The notes beneath the pieces are model-generated. The model saw only the letters and a list, made by a program, of their open reading frames with translations. It made no database searches and was not told the origin of the DNA. From the IMG/VR virus record IMGVR_UViG_3300020183_006727: a stretch of DNA of 64,000 bases; one strand, 5' to 3'. Below are positions 1-9,559 of this stretch, piece by piece. Made by a program: the position numbers and the translations under genes. The stretch's first letter is position 1; the number at the start of each line of letters is the position of its first letter. The stretch comes from an uncultured virus (IMG/VR IMGVR_UViG_3300020183_006727). Its lineage: Duplodnaviria > Heunggongvirae > Uroviricota > Caudoviricetes.

Positions 1-1533
1 TGCTCGCGTTTGTCAAGCCCATACCCATTGGAACCAGGCAAAAGAAATCCTGCTTTCCATGCTTCTGGGAACATCAGATCATCAAAGTTGTATGAACTTG
101 GGATTATACCAGTGTCATCCCTGGACATGCCAACTGTGGCTCAATCGAGAAAACTGATTGATCAGGTCGTATCAAATCTTGTTGGTGTTGATGTATATGG
201 GATCCTGCTCCTTGATCCATATCCTCCTCGAGGTAAGACAAGCGATTATTTGTCTCGATCTTTAGAAGAGTTTGAAAATGGACTTGCGCCTGACATGTTT
301 CCTTCATACAGAAGGTCGGTGGAACAGCCAATACCCTATGACTCTTCGTTTCCCTATGTTTCAGGAGACAGCTTCTTTTATGGTTGGGGTCTGCAGGAGG
401 CCAATGAATCTTATTTCGTTAGTGGATTTGACAAGAGGGCCATATTCGTAAATGCTGATGGTGGATCGTTATCGAAAGTCAGACCGTCCGACGGAGGATT
501 TTCCCCGTGTGTGTCTGCTGCGTCTGCTGGTTATGGCTTTGTGATTGGATCCGTTGGGCCACCACCTGCAGACATGATTGATCCATATATTCAGCAGGAT
601 CCATATGGGCAATACGATGAGTTTGGAGGGGCTCCGCATCCAACATCCCTGTTCATATCAGTCGCAAACAAGGAAACATGTGGGGAGTCTTGGTGTCTTT
701 CATCTCCTGCGTTGGACACGTCGTTCGGATGTATAGGATGCCCATTTGGAAAATTCACCGTCAATAGGTCTGTGGCAACCCAGAAGCTGAATAGTGTAGA
801 AATGCTAGAAGAAACCATGTTCATGCTGTCACAAATTGTGGCCAAGATGAACAGGAGCGGAAAGAAGATAGATGCATACCTAAATAGTTTTTTCACACCA
901 TCAACAGATGTCTCAGACGCTCTTTTTAAATTAAAAATGAGAGAAATTGTTACACCTTTTTCAACAGATAATGGAGTCGTGAGTACTAAAGGTAGTCTTT
1001 CTTTTTTGATGATAGGTTACAATCATTTTGTATCACAGATATCATATGGGCAGTCAAATTTAAATATCGAACCATCATTCGTTGAGTTCGTCAGTAATGC
1101 AAATCAAAAACTATCTGGATCTTTCTTATCTTACACTCCAGGGGGCCCACAACTGATTAAGGAAATATCTGCACTCAATGTGGAGAAGCCTGGAACTTGG
1201 ACTGCAGAGTTCCCACTGCAGGACATGAACGGAATGCTTGGATTTATACACTTCCAAGCGAAGGTATACAATGAGGACGGAGATCTGATCGACGAGTTGA
1301 AAAGTTACAACAACCAGAGTAGATGGAAGTATGAGATATATTCAGGAAGGATGAAAGAAATACCTCTTTTGGGAGTATTCTCTGGAAGGGTCGGTGCAAA
1401 CATCAGGATGATATCAGGAAATTCTGGATCTAGTTTGAAAATATCTGAAAGAGGTCGGGTTATGATCAGACAAATTCTTGACAGAACAACGGTAGGCGAG
1501 TGGTTTGAGACCACCACCATAGCAACCACATGA
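1..1533 (+). CDS. C-terminal part of a large hypothetical protein, probably virion structural (5' truncated)
   Basis: Frame open from base 1; Gly/Ser/Pro/aromatic composition resembles the giant tail proteins at the right end. Confidence 0.7.
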   Translation, partial: CSRLSSPYPLEPGKRNPAFHASGNIRSSKLYELGIIPVSSLDMPTVAQSRKLIDQVVSNLVGVDVYGILLLDPYPPRGKTSDYLSRSLEEFENGLAPDMFPSYRRSVEQPIPYDSSFPYVSGDSFFYGWGLQEANESYFVSGFDKRAIFVNADGGSLSKVRPSDGGFSPCVSAASAGYGFVIGSVGPPPADMIDPYIQQDPYGQYDEFGGAPHPTSLFISVANKETCGESWCLSSPALDTSFGCIGCPFGKFTVNRSVATQKLNSVEMLEETMFMLSQIVAKMNRSGKKIDAYLNSFFTPSTDVSDALFKLKMREIVTPFSTDNGVVSTKGSLSFLMIGYNHFVSQISYGQSNLNIEPSFVEFVSNANQKLSGSFLSYTPGGPQLIKEISALNVEKPGTWTAEFPLQDMNGMLGFIHFQAKVYNEDGDLIDELKSYNNQSRWKYEIYSGRMKEIPLLGVFSGRVGANIRMISGNSGSSLKISERGRVMIRQILDRTTVGEWFETTTIATT

Positions 1534-2018
1534 TCAGGCTAACAATAAAACCAAGAACATTTTGGGAATCTTTGAGCGCGGTTGCTGTTATCAAAGAAGA
1601 GATGGTAGATGTATTAGGCTATCTGCCAAGACTGATATCCACTGTCTACAAAACAGACACCAACTATCTCAATTTTAGGTCGAGGTCTTTCTTGACCGGA
1701 ATAGCCACCTTAGGTAGCGATCTTCAGAGGAGGATAGACACCTCTGTTCCAAGGTCAGCACACCTTTTCAAGGTTTTTTCTAAATCAGTGAGATCTAGTC
1801 ACAAAATATCTGTTGCTGAATTCATGCGTGAAAACTTCATTGCATGTCCAGCACTGGTTGCAGAAACACTTGCAAGAGCTTCTATGGAAAAAGACTTACC
1901 GATTGGAGATTCGTCCGCAGAGTGGAAAGACCTAAATTGCGGGGCTTCTGATATCTCAGCAGGAGAGTTCTCTTCAAGACCACTATCATGGTCTTGGATA
2001 GGGTCGGTCAATACCTGA
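1530..2018 (+). CDS. Hypothetical protein
   Basis: 162 aa ORF, ATGA overlap with upstream stop. Confidence 0.7.
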   Translation: MIRLTIKPRTFWESLSAVAVIKEEMVDVLGYLPRLISTVYKTDTNYLNFRSRSFLTGIATLGSDLQRRIDTSVPRSAHLFKVFSKSVRSSHKISVAEFMRENFIACPALVAETLARASMEKDLPIGDSSAEWKDLNCGASDISAGEFSSRPLSWSWIGSVNT

Positions 2019-2456
2019 GTTTGTGAACGCGCTGTCAAGCCGCAGTATGCTCTCTGAAAGTTCCCTCATCGTGTCCGAACTGCATGCCCTGCCAGCTTCA
2101 ATAGAGGCCTTCTTCGTGGCAGAGACAGCCTGCCGCATGGCTTGAGCAAGGTCTGTCCCCCTAGATGCTTCAGACCCCCTACCTAGTTTCTTGGCCATCT
2201 CTATGGCAGCCATGTCCTCAGGAACATATTCTTCCATGTACGTGGCAAGTTGATTGGCCTGATTCTTAAGTTTTTCTATTTCCGTAACAAGACCAACTAT
2301 GGTCGACTGCATATGTTCATTTTTTATGATCATGGCAGCAGCTAATGATATGGCGCTTTTTGTGTTGCTGATGCTGTCTGCTATGATCTGAGATTCTGCA
2401 GAAATTGGGACATCATGTTGAGCCCTGACAAGTTTGGTGGCATCATTTATGGACAA
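1986..2456 (-). CDS. Hypothetical helical/coiled-coil protein
   Basis: 156 aa, TTG start after AGGAG, overlaps upstream minus-strand gene. Confidence 0.65.
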   Translation of the reverse strand: MSINDATKLVRAQHDVPISAESQIIADSISNTKSAISLAAAMIIKNEHMQSTIVGLVTEIEKLKNQANQLATYMEEYVPEDMAAIEMAKKLGRGSEASRGTDLAQAMRQAVSATKKASIEAGRACSSDTMRELSESILRLDSAFTNSGIDRPYPRP

Positions 2457-3034
2457 GGCGGGGCTCCTGGACTAGTGCCATTGGCAGCTGATATTCTGTT
2501 GCTGAGGTTGCGGACTGATTCAAATAGCAATGACATTTGTGAGTCTGCGAATTTCTCTGCTTTTTCGTCAACCTTGCCAATTTCATCGGTATGTTTGTTG
2601 ATGTAGATATTGTACGCATGTGCGAATGGACCAAATTTATAATCAAAAGTACTTAAGCACCACTGTCTCCATGTATTAGATTTGGTTTTATAACCTCGAA
2701 GCATACCAATGCCTTGGCTATGCATATTCTGCAGCGCGTCTTTAATAGACTCGGGTATCTTGTGGCAGTTCGGTTCAGTGGCATCTATAAGAGAAACCAT
2801 GTCTCTGGTGACCGAGGCAAGTTCTCGACCTTCCCTGTCTGTCACTCCAGCCCGCTCAAGAGACTGCAACCCCTGCCCAAGCAGACCTGACTTTGCGTCC
2901 AGGTGGGTTCCTTTCCAGAAACTTCCCCACAGCGGATGGCTTGTCATCCTGGAGAATATGTCAAAACCACGAGACATTGACTCGCCGAGAGATGCTTTCT
3001 TTTCTGAATATGATTTTGATCTGATTTCTTTCAT
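2447..3034 (-). CDS. Hypothetical protein
   Basis: 195 aa, ATGA-coupled to 3031..3528. Confidence 0.7.
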   Translation of the reverse strand: MKEIRSKSYSEKKASLGESMSRGFDIFSRMTSHPLWGSFWKGTHLDAKSGLLGQGLQSLERAGVTDREGRELASVTRDMVSLIDATEPNCHKIPESIKDALQNMHSQGIGMLRGYKTKSNTWRQWCLSTFDYKFGPFAHAYNIYINKHTDEIGKVDEKAEKFADSQMSLLFESVRNLSNRISAANGTSPGAPPCP

Positions 3035-3528
3035 CGGGAAAACCTTTCAACAGCCAATTTGAATTCTCTACATGCCCTGTCAACTAGTGCAGAACAATTT
3101 CTGACATGATCGACAAAGTCTTGCATTTCAATGATCTTAATAATTTGACCCAAAGAGGCTATCTCCCCAGCAGTGGCACGCCTCTGGGGTTCGTACAGGC
3201 TTTTTATCTTCATGTCTTTAGCCTCGGGACAAGACTTCCTGTTCTTCTTTTTACCAAAAAATATTGCTGGTTTTTCAAGCCTGACTTCAGTCATAATCAA
3301 TGATTCTTCAATTTTTTCAATGATATTTTGGATCAGGAAGGACAGAAAACTTCTGTCGTAATCTGTTCCTTCCGAACCATGCAGGTTCAAATTGACAAGA
3401 TCATCTCTAGGGGTAGGGGGCAGAGGGTTATGATTGAAGATATCGATACCAGATTTAATATAAACGATGGCGTCGTTGGCAATCCGTATGCCCATTTCTG
3501 TCAAAGTGTCATCTATGTCGTTTGGCAT
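3031..3528 (-). CDS. Hypothetical protein
   Basis: 165 aa, first of a three-gene minus-strand unit. Confidence 0.7.
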   Translation of the reverse strand: MPNDIDDTLTEMGIRIANDAIVYIKSGIDIFNHNPLPPTPRDDLVNLNLHGSEGTDYDRSFLSFLIQNIIEKIEESLIMTEVRLEKPAIFFGKKKNRKSCPEAKDMKIKSLYEPQRRATAGEIASLGQIIKIIEMQDFVDHVRNCSALVDRACREFKLAVERFSR

Positions 3529-3573
3529 GTTCTTCTAGAGGAATTTTCGACCATTACTAGCAAAATACCTTGC

Positions 3574-4170
3574 ATGAGTATATATAGCATTTCAAAAATT
3601 GCGCAACAGCAACAGCAGGGCGATCCCACAATGATTGCTATACAGCGTCAAATAGTACAGATTCAGATGCAGTTGGCCAACTTGTCCAAACAGCCCAAAA
3701 ATCCAAATCCGCAACTTGAGCAGCAGAGGCAGCAACAGATAGAACAGTTGAAGGCCCAGTATCGGCAGTTGTTTGAAAAGCAAAGCAATTTTTCAAGAAT
3801 CATACAAGAGAGAACCAGGTCCAGTATCCAGGAACAGATCAGGGCAATACTTGAGGGAGATGATGCCGTCCTGTCACAAATGAATGCAGATGATTATATT
3901 GCTGCAAGAAGTGCCTTCTTGAAAACCGTGCCACCAATTCAGAGGGGTGAAACAATTGAAATGTATTCGGACAGGGTGAGGGAGTACATCTATCGGTACA
4001 ACACAAAGGGTGATCTTGTTGAACCGTACACAAAAATGGTCATTAACGATATCAATATCAAAGCCGGCGCCGACAGAGATAGGGCACAAAAAGAAAAGGA
4101 GAGAAAGGACAATGTTGCAGCAGTAAGGGCTGCAAGGCAAGCCCAGCAGTCAGCAGCGAGAAGACGATGA
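3574..4170 (+). CDS. Gln-rich coiled-coil protein, putative head-internal protein
   Basis: Start moved to ATG 3574 (MSIYSISKIAQQQ) to avoid overlap with the divergent gene; N-terminal KIAQ motif. Confidence 0.7.
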   Translation: MSIYSISKIAQQQQQGDPTMIAIQRQIVQIQMQLANLSKQPKNPNPQLEQQRQQQIEQLKAQYRQLFEKQSNFSRIIQERTRSSIQEQIRAILEGDDAVLSQMNADDYIAARSAFLKTVPPIQRGETIEMYSDRVREYIYRYNTKGDLVEPYTKMVINDINIKAGADRDRAQKEKERKDNVAAVRAARQAQQSAARRR

Positions 4171-4310
4171 ATCACGGCAATTGGTATAAGCAGGCCAAGA
4201 AGAAGGAGTATGACCCAAATCCTTGGGCTGTTTGCACAGTATCTGTCGGCAGAGATGATAAAAAGAAATACGAACGTTGCGTTAAAGATGTGAAGAAGCA
4301 GAGCAAATAA
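4167..4310 (+). CDS. 47-aa basic protein (NPWAVC...YERC), absent from ORF track
   Basis: MNHGNWYKQAKKKEYDPNPWAVCTVSVGRDDKKKYERCVKDVKKQSK; ATGA overlap; followed by terminator. Confidence 0.75.
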   Translation: MNHGNWYKQAKKKEYDPNPWAVCTVSVGRDDKKKYERCVKDVKKQSK

Positions 4311-4329
4311 GCGAGATCATAAGAAACAA

Positions 4330-4367
4330 CAAAAAGGGCATCCCATCAGGGAGCCCTTTTTGTTTTT
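4330..4367. terminator. Bidirectional intrinsic terminator
   Basis: CAAAAAGGGC-A-TCCC-ATCA-GGGA-GCCCTTTTTG inverted repeat with A-tract and T-tract between convergent genes. Confidence 0.85.
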
Positions 4368-4380
4368 AACGGATAATATC

Positions 4381-5373
4381 TTAGGTGCCCTGAGCAGATG
4401 ATTGCTGAACTGCCTGAGACGCCGCAGCAGGAACAGATGCATACCTGCCACTGTACATGAATTGCCCAGCTTGACCGTTATACTCAATCTCTGCCCAGAA
4501 AATGTTCTGTCCACGCGCAAACGGTCCGTAAAAGCCAGTTTCTGACACCTCGTTGTTTGGGAACCAATATTGCGGCTGGTCTGCGACAATCATCTGGGCG
4601 AGAACCTGATCGGAAACCTTGGGCGCAGACGGCATCTTTTTGATGGCATCGAGCACGACTGCCAGTCCTTGTTCAACGAGAGACAGAAGCCCCACACCAG
4701 AACCGCCCTGCTGACCAGGAGTCGCAGCCTTGGGCTTTCCACCTGCATCTGCCTGCTGAGTAGTGGCCCCCTTGCCGCCTGCCTTGTCTTTCGCAGCGGC
4801 GGTGGATTGCTGTGAGTCGCTTGCGTCAGTTGTGTTGACTGATGATGGGGTTTCTTGGGCCTTGGGCTGCTTCTTACCTGCAGGTTGTCTTGAAGGCTGA
4901 TGTGTCGGCTGCTGAGCAGGCTGCGTCGGCTGCTGAGCAGGCTGCTGTAGGGCAGACTGAATCCTTTCCAACTCATATTTCAGTATCTGGATAGCCTTCT
5001 GTTCCCTATTTTCCCCTAATGGTTTGAGTCGCGGCTGAAGCCTGAATGCATTATCTATGGCGGACTCCCTATTTGAAAACAGTCCAGTTTCTGACATTTT
5101 CTTGATGTAATACTCAAGTAACTTTTTCTTGCTTGCGGGGTCAAGAGATTCGTAGTGCGGACCACCGATGGCGATGTACCATTCCTTGCCTCCATCAAGC
5201 CAACTCTTGGCTTCGGCGGCTATGGCAGCATTCTCTTTATCAGCAGCCATCTGGTTAAAGGATTGTGCCTGCTTTGAGCGTGCAATATCCCTGAACATGT
5301 CGAGAACCATGCTTGCCTCATTTGGGTCTGTGAGGGTGGTCAGTGGTCCAAAGCCTGTGTAAATTTTATCCAT
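4381..5373 (-). CDS. Hypothetical protein with Gln/Pro/Ala-rich linker
   Basis: Start at ATG 5373 (MDKIYTG), 1 nt after upstream stop; PAQQPTQPAQQPT duplication. Confidence 0.75.
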   Translation of the reverse strand: MDKIYTGFGPLTTLTDPNEASMVLDMFRDIARSKQAQSFNQMAADKENAAIAAEAKSWLDGGKEWYIAIGGPHYESLDPASKKKLLEYYIKKMSETGLFSNRESAIDNAFRLQPRLKPLGENREQKAIQILKYELERIQSALQQPAQQPTQPAQQPTHQPSRQPAGKKQPKAQETPSSVNTTDASDSQQSTAAAKDKAGGKGATTQQADAGGKPKAATPGQQGGSGVGLLSLVEQGLAVVLDAIKKMPSAPKVSDQVLAQMIVADQPQYWFPNNEVSETGFYGPFARGQNIFWAEIEYNGQAGQFMYSGRYASVPAAASQAVQQSSAQGT

Positions 5374-5374
5374 G

Positions 5375-5863
5375 TTAAGTTCCCTGCCCTTGGTGGGCTC
5401 TAAGTTCCTGTGTCGGCTGCCACTTTCCACCTGTCTGCAGCGAAATGACCCACTTCATGTCAACAGGCTGACCTGAATACTGATGTGGACCAGTCCAAAC
5501 CTCATATGAATCCTCTCCGACCTGAGTCGGAGTGGTTACCTGTGCTGCATTTGGATTGTATTGCCACGCTGGTTGTGCAACAGCCTGTTGTCCTTGCGAC
5601 TGCTGAACCATCCGCTGAGATGTACTAGGAGCTCCCCACTGAGATGTATCAGGAACTGTGCCCATGTTGCCAAGCGGAGCTGCGGCCACATTGTCCCTGG
5701 ATGTTGCAGAAGGCCCCCATGCACGAATCGAGCCTGCACCCCGGGCTGCCATGTCCCTTGCTGATGGGGCCACTGGCTGGGCAGCGCTGCCAGAAAGACC
5801 AACATCACGAGCCCTCATACGTTGGGCTCCAGACACTTCAGATGACTGAGCAACCTTATCCAT
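5375..5863 (-). CDS. Low-complexity hypothetical protein, putative head-internal
   Basis: 162 aa beginning MDKVAQ; tight operon spacing. Confidence 0.7.
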   Translation of the reverse strand: MDKVAQSSEVSGAQRMRARDVGLSGSAAQPVAPSARDMAARGAGSIRAWGPSATSRDNVAAAPLGNMGTVPDTSQWGAPSTSQRMVQQSQGQQAVAQPAWQYNPNAAQVTTPTQVGEDSYEVWTGPHQYSGQPVDMKWVISLQTGGKWQPTQELRAHQGQGT

Positions 5864-5874
5864 AGTGAATTGAA

Positions 5875-6510
5875 TTAGGCTGCTAGAGCTCCTGGTGGCT
5901 TAGGAGCGGCTGCTGTGGCAGACTGATTTGGTGTTCCGCCAGTAGGCTTGACAGGGGCTTGTGGGTTGAAGTCTTTCGGCAGTTCGCCTCCAGGTCCCTT
6001 GCCAAGAGCGCCATACATCTGGGTCTTCTTCTGAATGTCCTCCAGCTGCTTCTTGTGTGCAGCGGTGGTTTCTTCCTCAAGTTGCTGACCGCCGAAAGAG
6101 GCAGAACCTCCTGCAACACCAATCTGTCGTGCCATGTCGTTCATCTTGGCTGCCATTTCGACTTTTGCTGCCGTGACTGCCTGAGCAACACGCGGGGACA
6201 TCGTGGACAACTTGTCAAGGTGACTCATGAGCAACTTGTAGTTCGTCTGGATCTGTTGAAATTTTTGTGGATTGATACCGTACCCGGAAAAAAGTTCTCC
6301 TAAACTACGATTGTCCGTGGCTTTGTTCCACAGCCATTTGCCACCTTCCCACACAGCAGGTAGAGCAGCACCTACACCGAGGGCAGCAAGTGGTCCCAAT
6401 GCTTCTTTACGAAGCATGACACCCTCGGGGCCTTTTGCGAGATACCCACGCTTGATGCCTGCTTCAATCCACTGACGGTCTGATATTTTTATCATTTTCT
6501 TGTCGTTCAT
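5875..6510 (-). CDS. Putative internal/ejection protein with Gly/Ala hydrophobic segment
   Basis: 211 aa; KISDRQWIEAGIKRG leader shared with neighbour; ALGPLAALGVGAALPAVW segment. Confidence 0.75.
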   Translation of the reverse strand: MNDKKMIKISDRQWIEAGIKRGYLAKGPEGVMLRKEALGPLAALGVGAALPAVWEGGKWLWNKATDNRSLGELFSGYGINPQKFQQIQTNYKLLMSHLDKLSTMSPRVAQAVTAAKVEMAAKMNDMARQIGVAGGSASFGGQQLEEETTAAHKKQLEDIQKKTQMYGALGKGPGGELPKDFNPQAPVKPTGGTPNQSATAAAPKPPGALAA

Positions 6511-6531
6511 TTTTGTTCTTTCTGTTTCTGA

Positions 6532-7563
6532 TCAGCGTGTTGGAACAGGGGCGACTGGCAGACCAACGGGAGACTGAACCTGTGGACCTGTTGGGACAGG
6601 GGCGGCTGGCAGGCCAACGGGAGCCTGAACCTGTGGACCTGCCATAGACTTCGCGTATGCGGCCTGAGCAGCAGCCTGAGCTGCTTGGGCATCTGCCAAC
6701 TCTTTTGCCCTCTGCTCTTCAGGGGTGGTCACGGTTGGAGTCATATTATTGTTCTGCATCTGCTGCATTGTCTGGATAGTGTCAGTCACGGCTGACGCTA
6801 CGGTGTCAAGCTGCTTGTCAATGCTGCTGGACATACCCTTCAGCGTTGGAGCCAACTGGTTGAATTGATATATTGACCTCATGATTAACTTCTGCTTTGC
6901 CGGGTCGGTCATCAGTTCTGGGTTTGGAGCTGCATCGCCCTTGGATTTGTCCTTGAAGTAATCTATCAGGTACTTGCTGCCCAAGAAACCTCCGACGCCC
7001 GCAAGGGCTGGGAGAGCCATTCTTGCCGCGAAACCTCCTACGCCTTTTGCGACATTGCCAAACGTTGTTGCTGCGCCACCAACAGGTGCTCCACCAAATC
7101 CTCTGCCAAAGGCACTTCCAAGTCCACCAAGGGTTCCAGCGGTGCTCTGTCCGGCGCTCGCGAGACCAGAACCGACATTTTTGGCAAGGTTGGTGTACAT
7201 GGCCCTGCCGCCCTGGGTGAGGAGGGGTGCGGCAGCAAGACCTGCAGCGGCAGTGGCAGCGGTACTACCCCAGCCTGGGCCTCCTGTGTCCTGACCGACC
7301 TGCTGAGCAGTCTTGATCAGCGAACTTCCTTCAAGGTTTTCTGCGATCTTTGCCATGATCTCTTCATTCTGCATGGCTTTCTTGATCGTTGTATAACTTG
7401 CCTTGCCAGGTTCGAGACCAGCAGACTTTGTAAGCTCTGCAGCGAATCTTGGAACTCGGGGATCAATTGAGAGCAGACCACGCTTCAAACCAATATCAAT
7501 CCACTCCGGGGTGGACATTGAAATCTTCTGTGTCCCATTACTTGCTGTTTTGATATGAGCCAT
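6532..7563 (-). CDS. Putative internal/ejection protein with glycine-zipper region
   Basis: Start ATG 7563 after GAAAGG (MAHIKTAS); WIDIGLKRG leader; long Gly/Ala-rich tract; duplicated C-terminus. Confidence 0.8.
   Translation of the reverse strand: MAHIKTASNGTQKISMSTPEWIDIGLKRGLLSIDPRVPRFAAELTKSAGLEPGKASYTTIKKAMQNEEIMAKIAENLEGSSLIKTAQQVGQDTGGPGWGSTAATAAAGLAAAPLLTQGGRAMYTNLAKNVGSGLASAGQSTAGTLGGLGSAFGRGFGGAPVGGAATTFGNVAKGVGGFAARMALPALAGVGGFLGSKYLIDYFKDKSKGDAAPNPELMTDPAKQKLIMRSIYQFNQLAPTLKGMSSSIDKQLDTVASAVTDTIQTMQQMQNNNMTPTVTTPEEQRAKELADAQAAQAAAQAAYAKSMAGPQVQAPVGLPAAPVPTGPQVQSPVGLPVAPVPTR
6540..6641 (-). repeat. 51-bp tandem duplication (2 copies) in coding sequence
   Basis: GPQVQAPVGLPAAPVPT / GPQVQSPVGLPVAPVPT with near-identical DNA. 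Confidence 0.9.
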
Positions 7564-7574
7564 TTTGTTTCCTT

Positions 7575-7910
7575 TCAGGGTAGTTTTGTTCCGCGACGCC
7601 ATGCCTTGCATGACCAATACCTTGGCGTCGTGGGATCTTTTGCGGTGTCGCACTTGTGACGTGCAAGAAAATTATTCTGCCTGTCACTATTATTTCTCTT
7701 TATTGACATGGTCTTTTCGCCTCTAGCCTTGGCAGATGACCCGCCATGACCGAAGTTAATCTTCTTGACATTACCAGAGGACGGATCTTTTACATAGACC
7801 TTAAATTTCTTAACATCGCCAGGAAGTATATTCCTCAGCGTAACCTCTTTGCCCTGATACTCTGCTGCCGTCTTTTTTATGTCGGCAGAATCAGAAACAA
7901 ATTCCATCAT
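7575..7910 (-). CDS. Small basic conserved viral protein (DUF5754-like)
   Basis: KKFKVYVK...KKINFG...R.NFLARH.C...PRYWSC..W pattern recognised from phage and giant-virus proteins. Confidence 0.75.
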   Translation of the reverse strand: MMEFVSDSADIKKTAAEYQGKEVTLRNILPGDVKKFKVYVKDPSSGNVKKINFGHGGSSAKARGEKTMSIKRNNSDRQNNFLARHKCDTAKDPTTPRYWSCKAWRRGTKLP

Positions 7911-7928
7911 AGATGAAAATCCTCCAGG

Positions 7929-8609
7929 TTATACCTTTCTTGGTTTTTTTAAAACCCCCTCCAAAGAAGATAATGAATAGTCGGCGGAAATTGACACCGT
8001 CACCTCAAAAAAATGCTTTCTTTGCTCCACGTCAACAACCCATTTGTACCTCGGATCCCCCTCCCGCTTCCTGCGGTCAACCACCTGCTGTATGGTCTCC
8101 CCAGTGCGCCCCTTCTCTCCAAATATATCCTCAGACACAGGTTGGGTTTCCTCACCCTGTGGCGCTGATTTTTTGATCACTAAGACACAGTCGTCTTCAG
8201 GTAGATCACTTATGTCTAAATCCGTGATTTGTATGTCATGGAGTGGTATTGCCTCTGGCGTGGCTCCACCCAATATTCTTTCCCTTATGGCTTCACGGAT
8301 TTTATGGAGCATGTCGGTTTCTAGAATCTTGGATACTTCGTCTCTCCACCTGTCCATGGCTTGGACATCGTCGTCGCAAACATAACTAGTTTCAGACATG
8401 ATTTGGATCAGATTTTTTATCACACCTGGCTTGCAGTCAAATCTGATCCATGTGTTTGCTTTACCCTTTGACTTCATCATCCCGTTGCTAACATCGAATT
8501 CGGCGATAATGCTGTCAGGCTGTATACCTCTATCCAATGCAGAAGTAATTATTTCTACCGCTGCCTTGTGTGGCTCAATTTCCGATAAAAGTTCTTGAAA
8601 GGTTTTCAT
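7929..8609 (-). CDS. Acidic hypothetical protein
   Basis: ~226 aa ORF; start ATG 8609 or 8615. Confidence 0.7.
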   Translation of the reverse strand: MKTFQELLSEIEPHKAAVEIITSALDRGIQPDSIIAEFDVSNGMMKSKGKANTWIRFDCKPGVIKNLIQIMSETSYVCDDDVQAMDRWRDEVSKILETDMLHKIREAIRERILGGATPEAIPLHDIQITDLDISDLPEDDCVLVIKKSAPQGEETQPVSEDIFGEKGRTGETIQQVVDRRKREGDPRYKWVVDVEQRKHFFEVTVSISADYSLSSLEGVLKKPRKV

Positions 8610-8613
8610 CTGC

Positions 8614-9486
8614 ATGTATTGGCTCAAAAGTTTGAAGTTGAAGAATTTTTGTGGGTTGAAGGACGCAAGTTTTGACTTCTATCCAGAAAACAGACCGTTC
8701 TCCGTATTTTTCGGACCAAATGGCACGGGTAAGTCAACACTTATGCATGCCATCAGGATTGTTTCCACCCCAAGAATGCTGAGGGGGCGTGATAATTCTA
8801 TGCTGTTCAGAAAATTGACATACAATCCTGATTATGACCCAACTATGGCTGCCTACATTCCATCTTCAGAGCCATGCAGTATGTATGCTGAATTTCTTCA
8901 TGATGGTGGAGTATCGAATGTCTCCATCATAGGTGGAGAAATAGTTGAAAATGGGCTTGAAGAAGCCCCTTCAGGATCAGATGGTTGGGCTGCCTACTGT
9001 GATGCAGACCACCCCATGAATATGTACAAGTTTCAACTCCCATCTCATTTGGGAGAAAGGTTTCTTAAACTTGCTGACGAGGTTTATGGGTTGCCTTGTG
9101 AACTCGGAAAGCTTGTGACAACAGCCGAATCAGGTGAAAGGGTGGATTTCTATCAGGATTTCTGTATCAGAAAAGGGTTCACTAGGGTTCACCACAAGAG
9201 AATGAGTGATGGAGAGAAAAAGATAGCAACATTGTTGCGTCATCTTTGCATGAAGTTGTCTGATGACAGGAGTATGGCTTTAGTTGACAATCTTGAGATG
9301 CATGTCTATTTCCGTAGGCATCCACGATTGGTTAAGGCTTTGAATATTCAATTCCCAAAAACACAGTTCCTGTGTACCACACATAGTGATGGAATCTTGA
9401 GGACTGTCCGTCAAATGTGGGGAGAATCATCCCTGATTGATATGCAAAGTATGCATCCAGACTGGTCTGATGCATCCGCTGAATAA
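8614..9486 (+). CDS. ABC-type ATPase (AAA_21/SMC-head-like)
   Basis: LKSLKLKNF start, Walker A GPNGTGKST, signature MSDGEK, Walker B ALVDNLEMH, H-loop TTHS. Confidence 0.88.
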   Translation: MYWLKSLKLKNFCGLKDASFDFYPENRPFSVFFGPNGTGKSTLMHAIRIVSTPRMLRGRDNSMLFRKLTYNPDYDPTMAAYIPSSEPCSMYAEFLHDGGVSNVSIIGGEIVENGLEEAPSGSDGWAAYCDADHPMNMYKFQLPSHLGERFLKLADEVYGLPCELGKLVTTAESGERVDFYQDFCIRKGFTRVHHKRMSDGEKKIATLLRHLCMKLSDDRSMALVDNLEMHVYFRRHPRLVKALNIQFPKTQFLCTTHSDGILRTVRQMWGESSLIDMQSMHPDWSDASAE

Positions 9487-9559
9487 ATAAATGTTCATGA
9501 ACACCTAGTTCAGGAAAGAATTTGGCATTGCTCTTAAAAATAGGTATCAACTCAATTGG

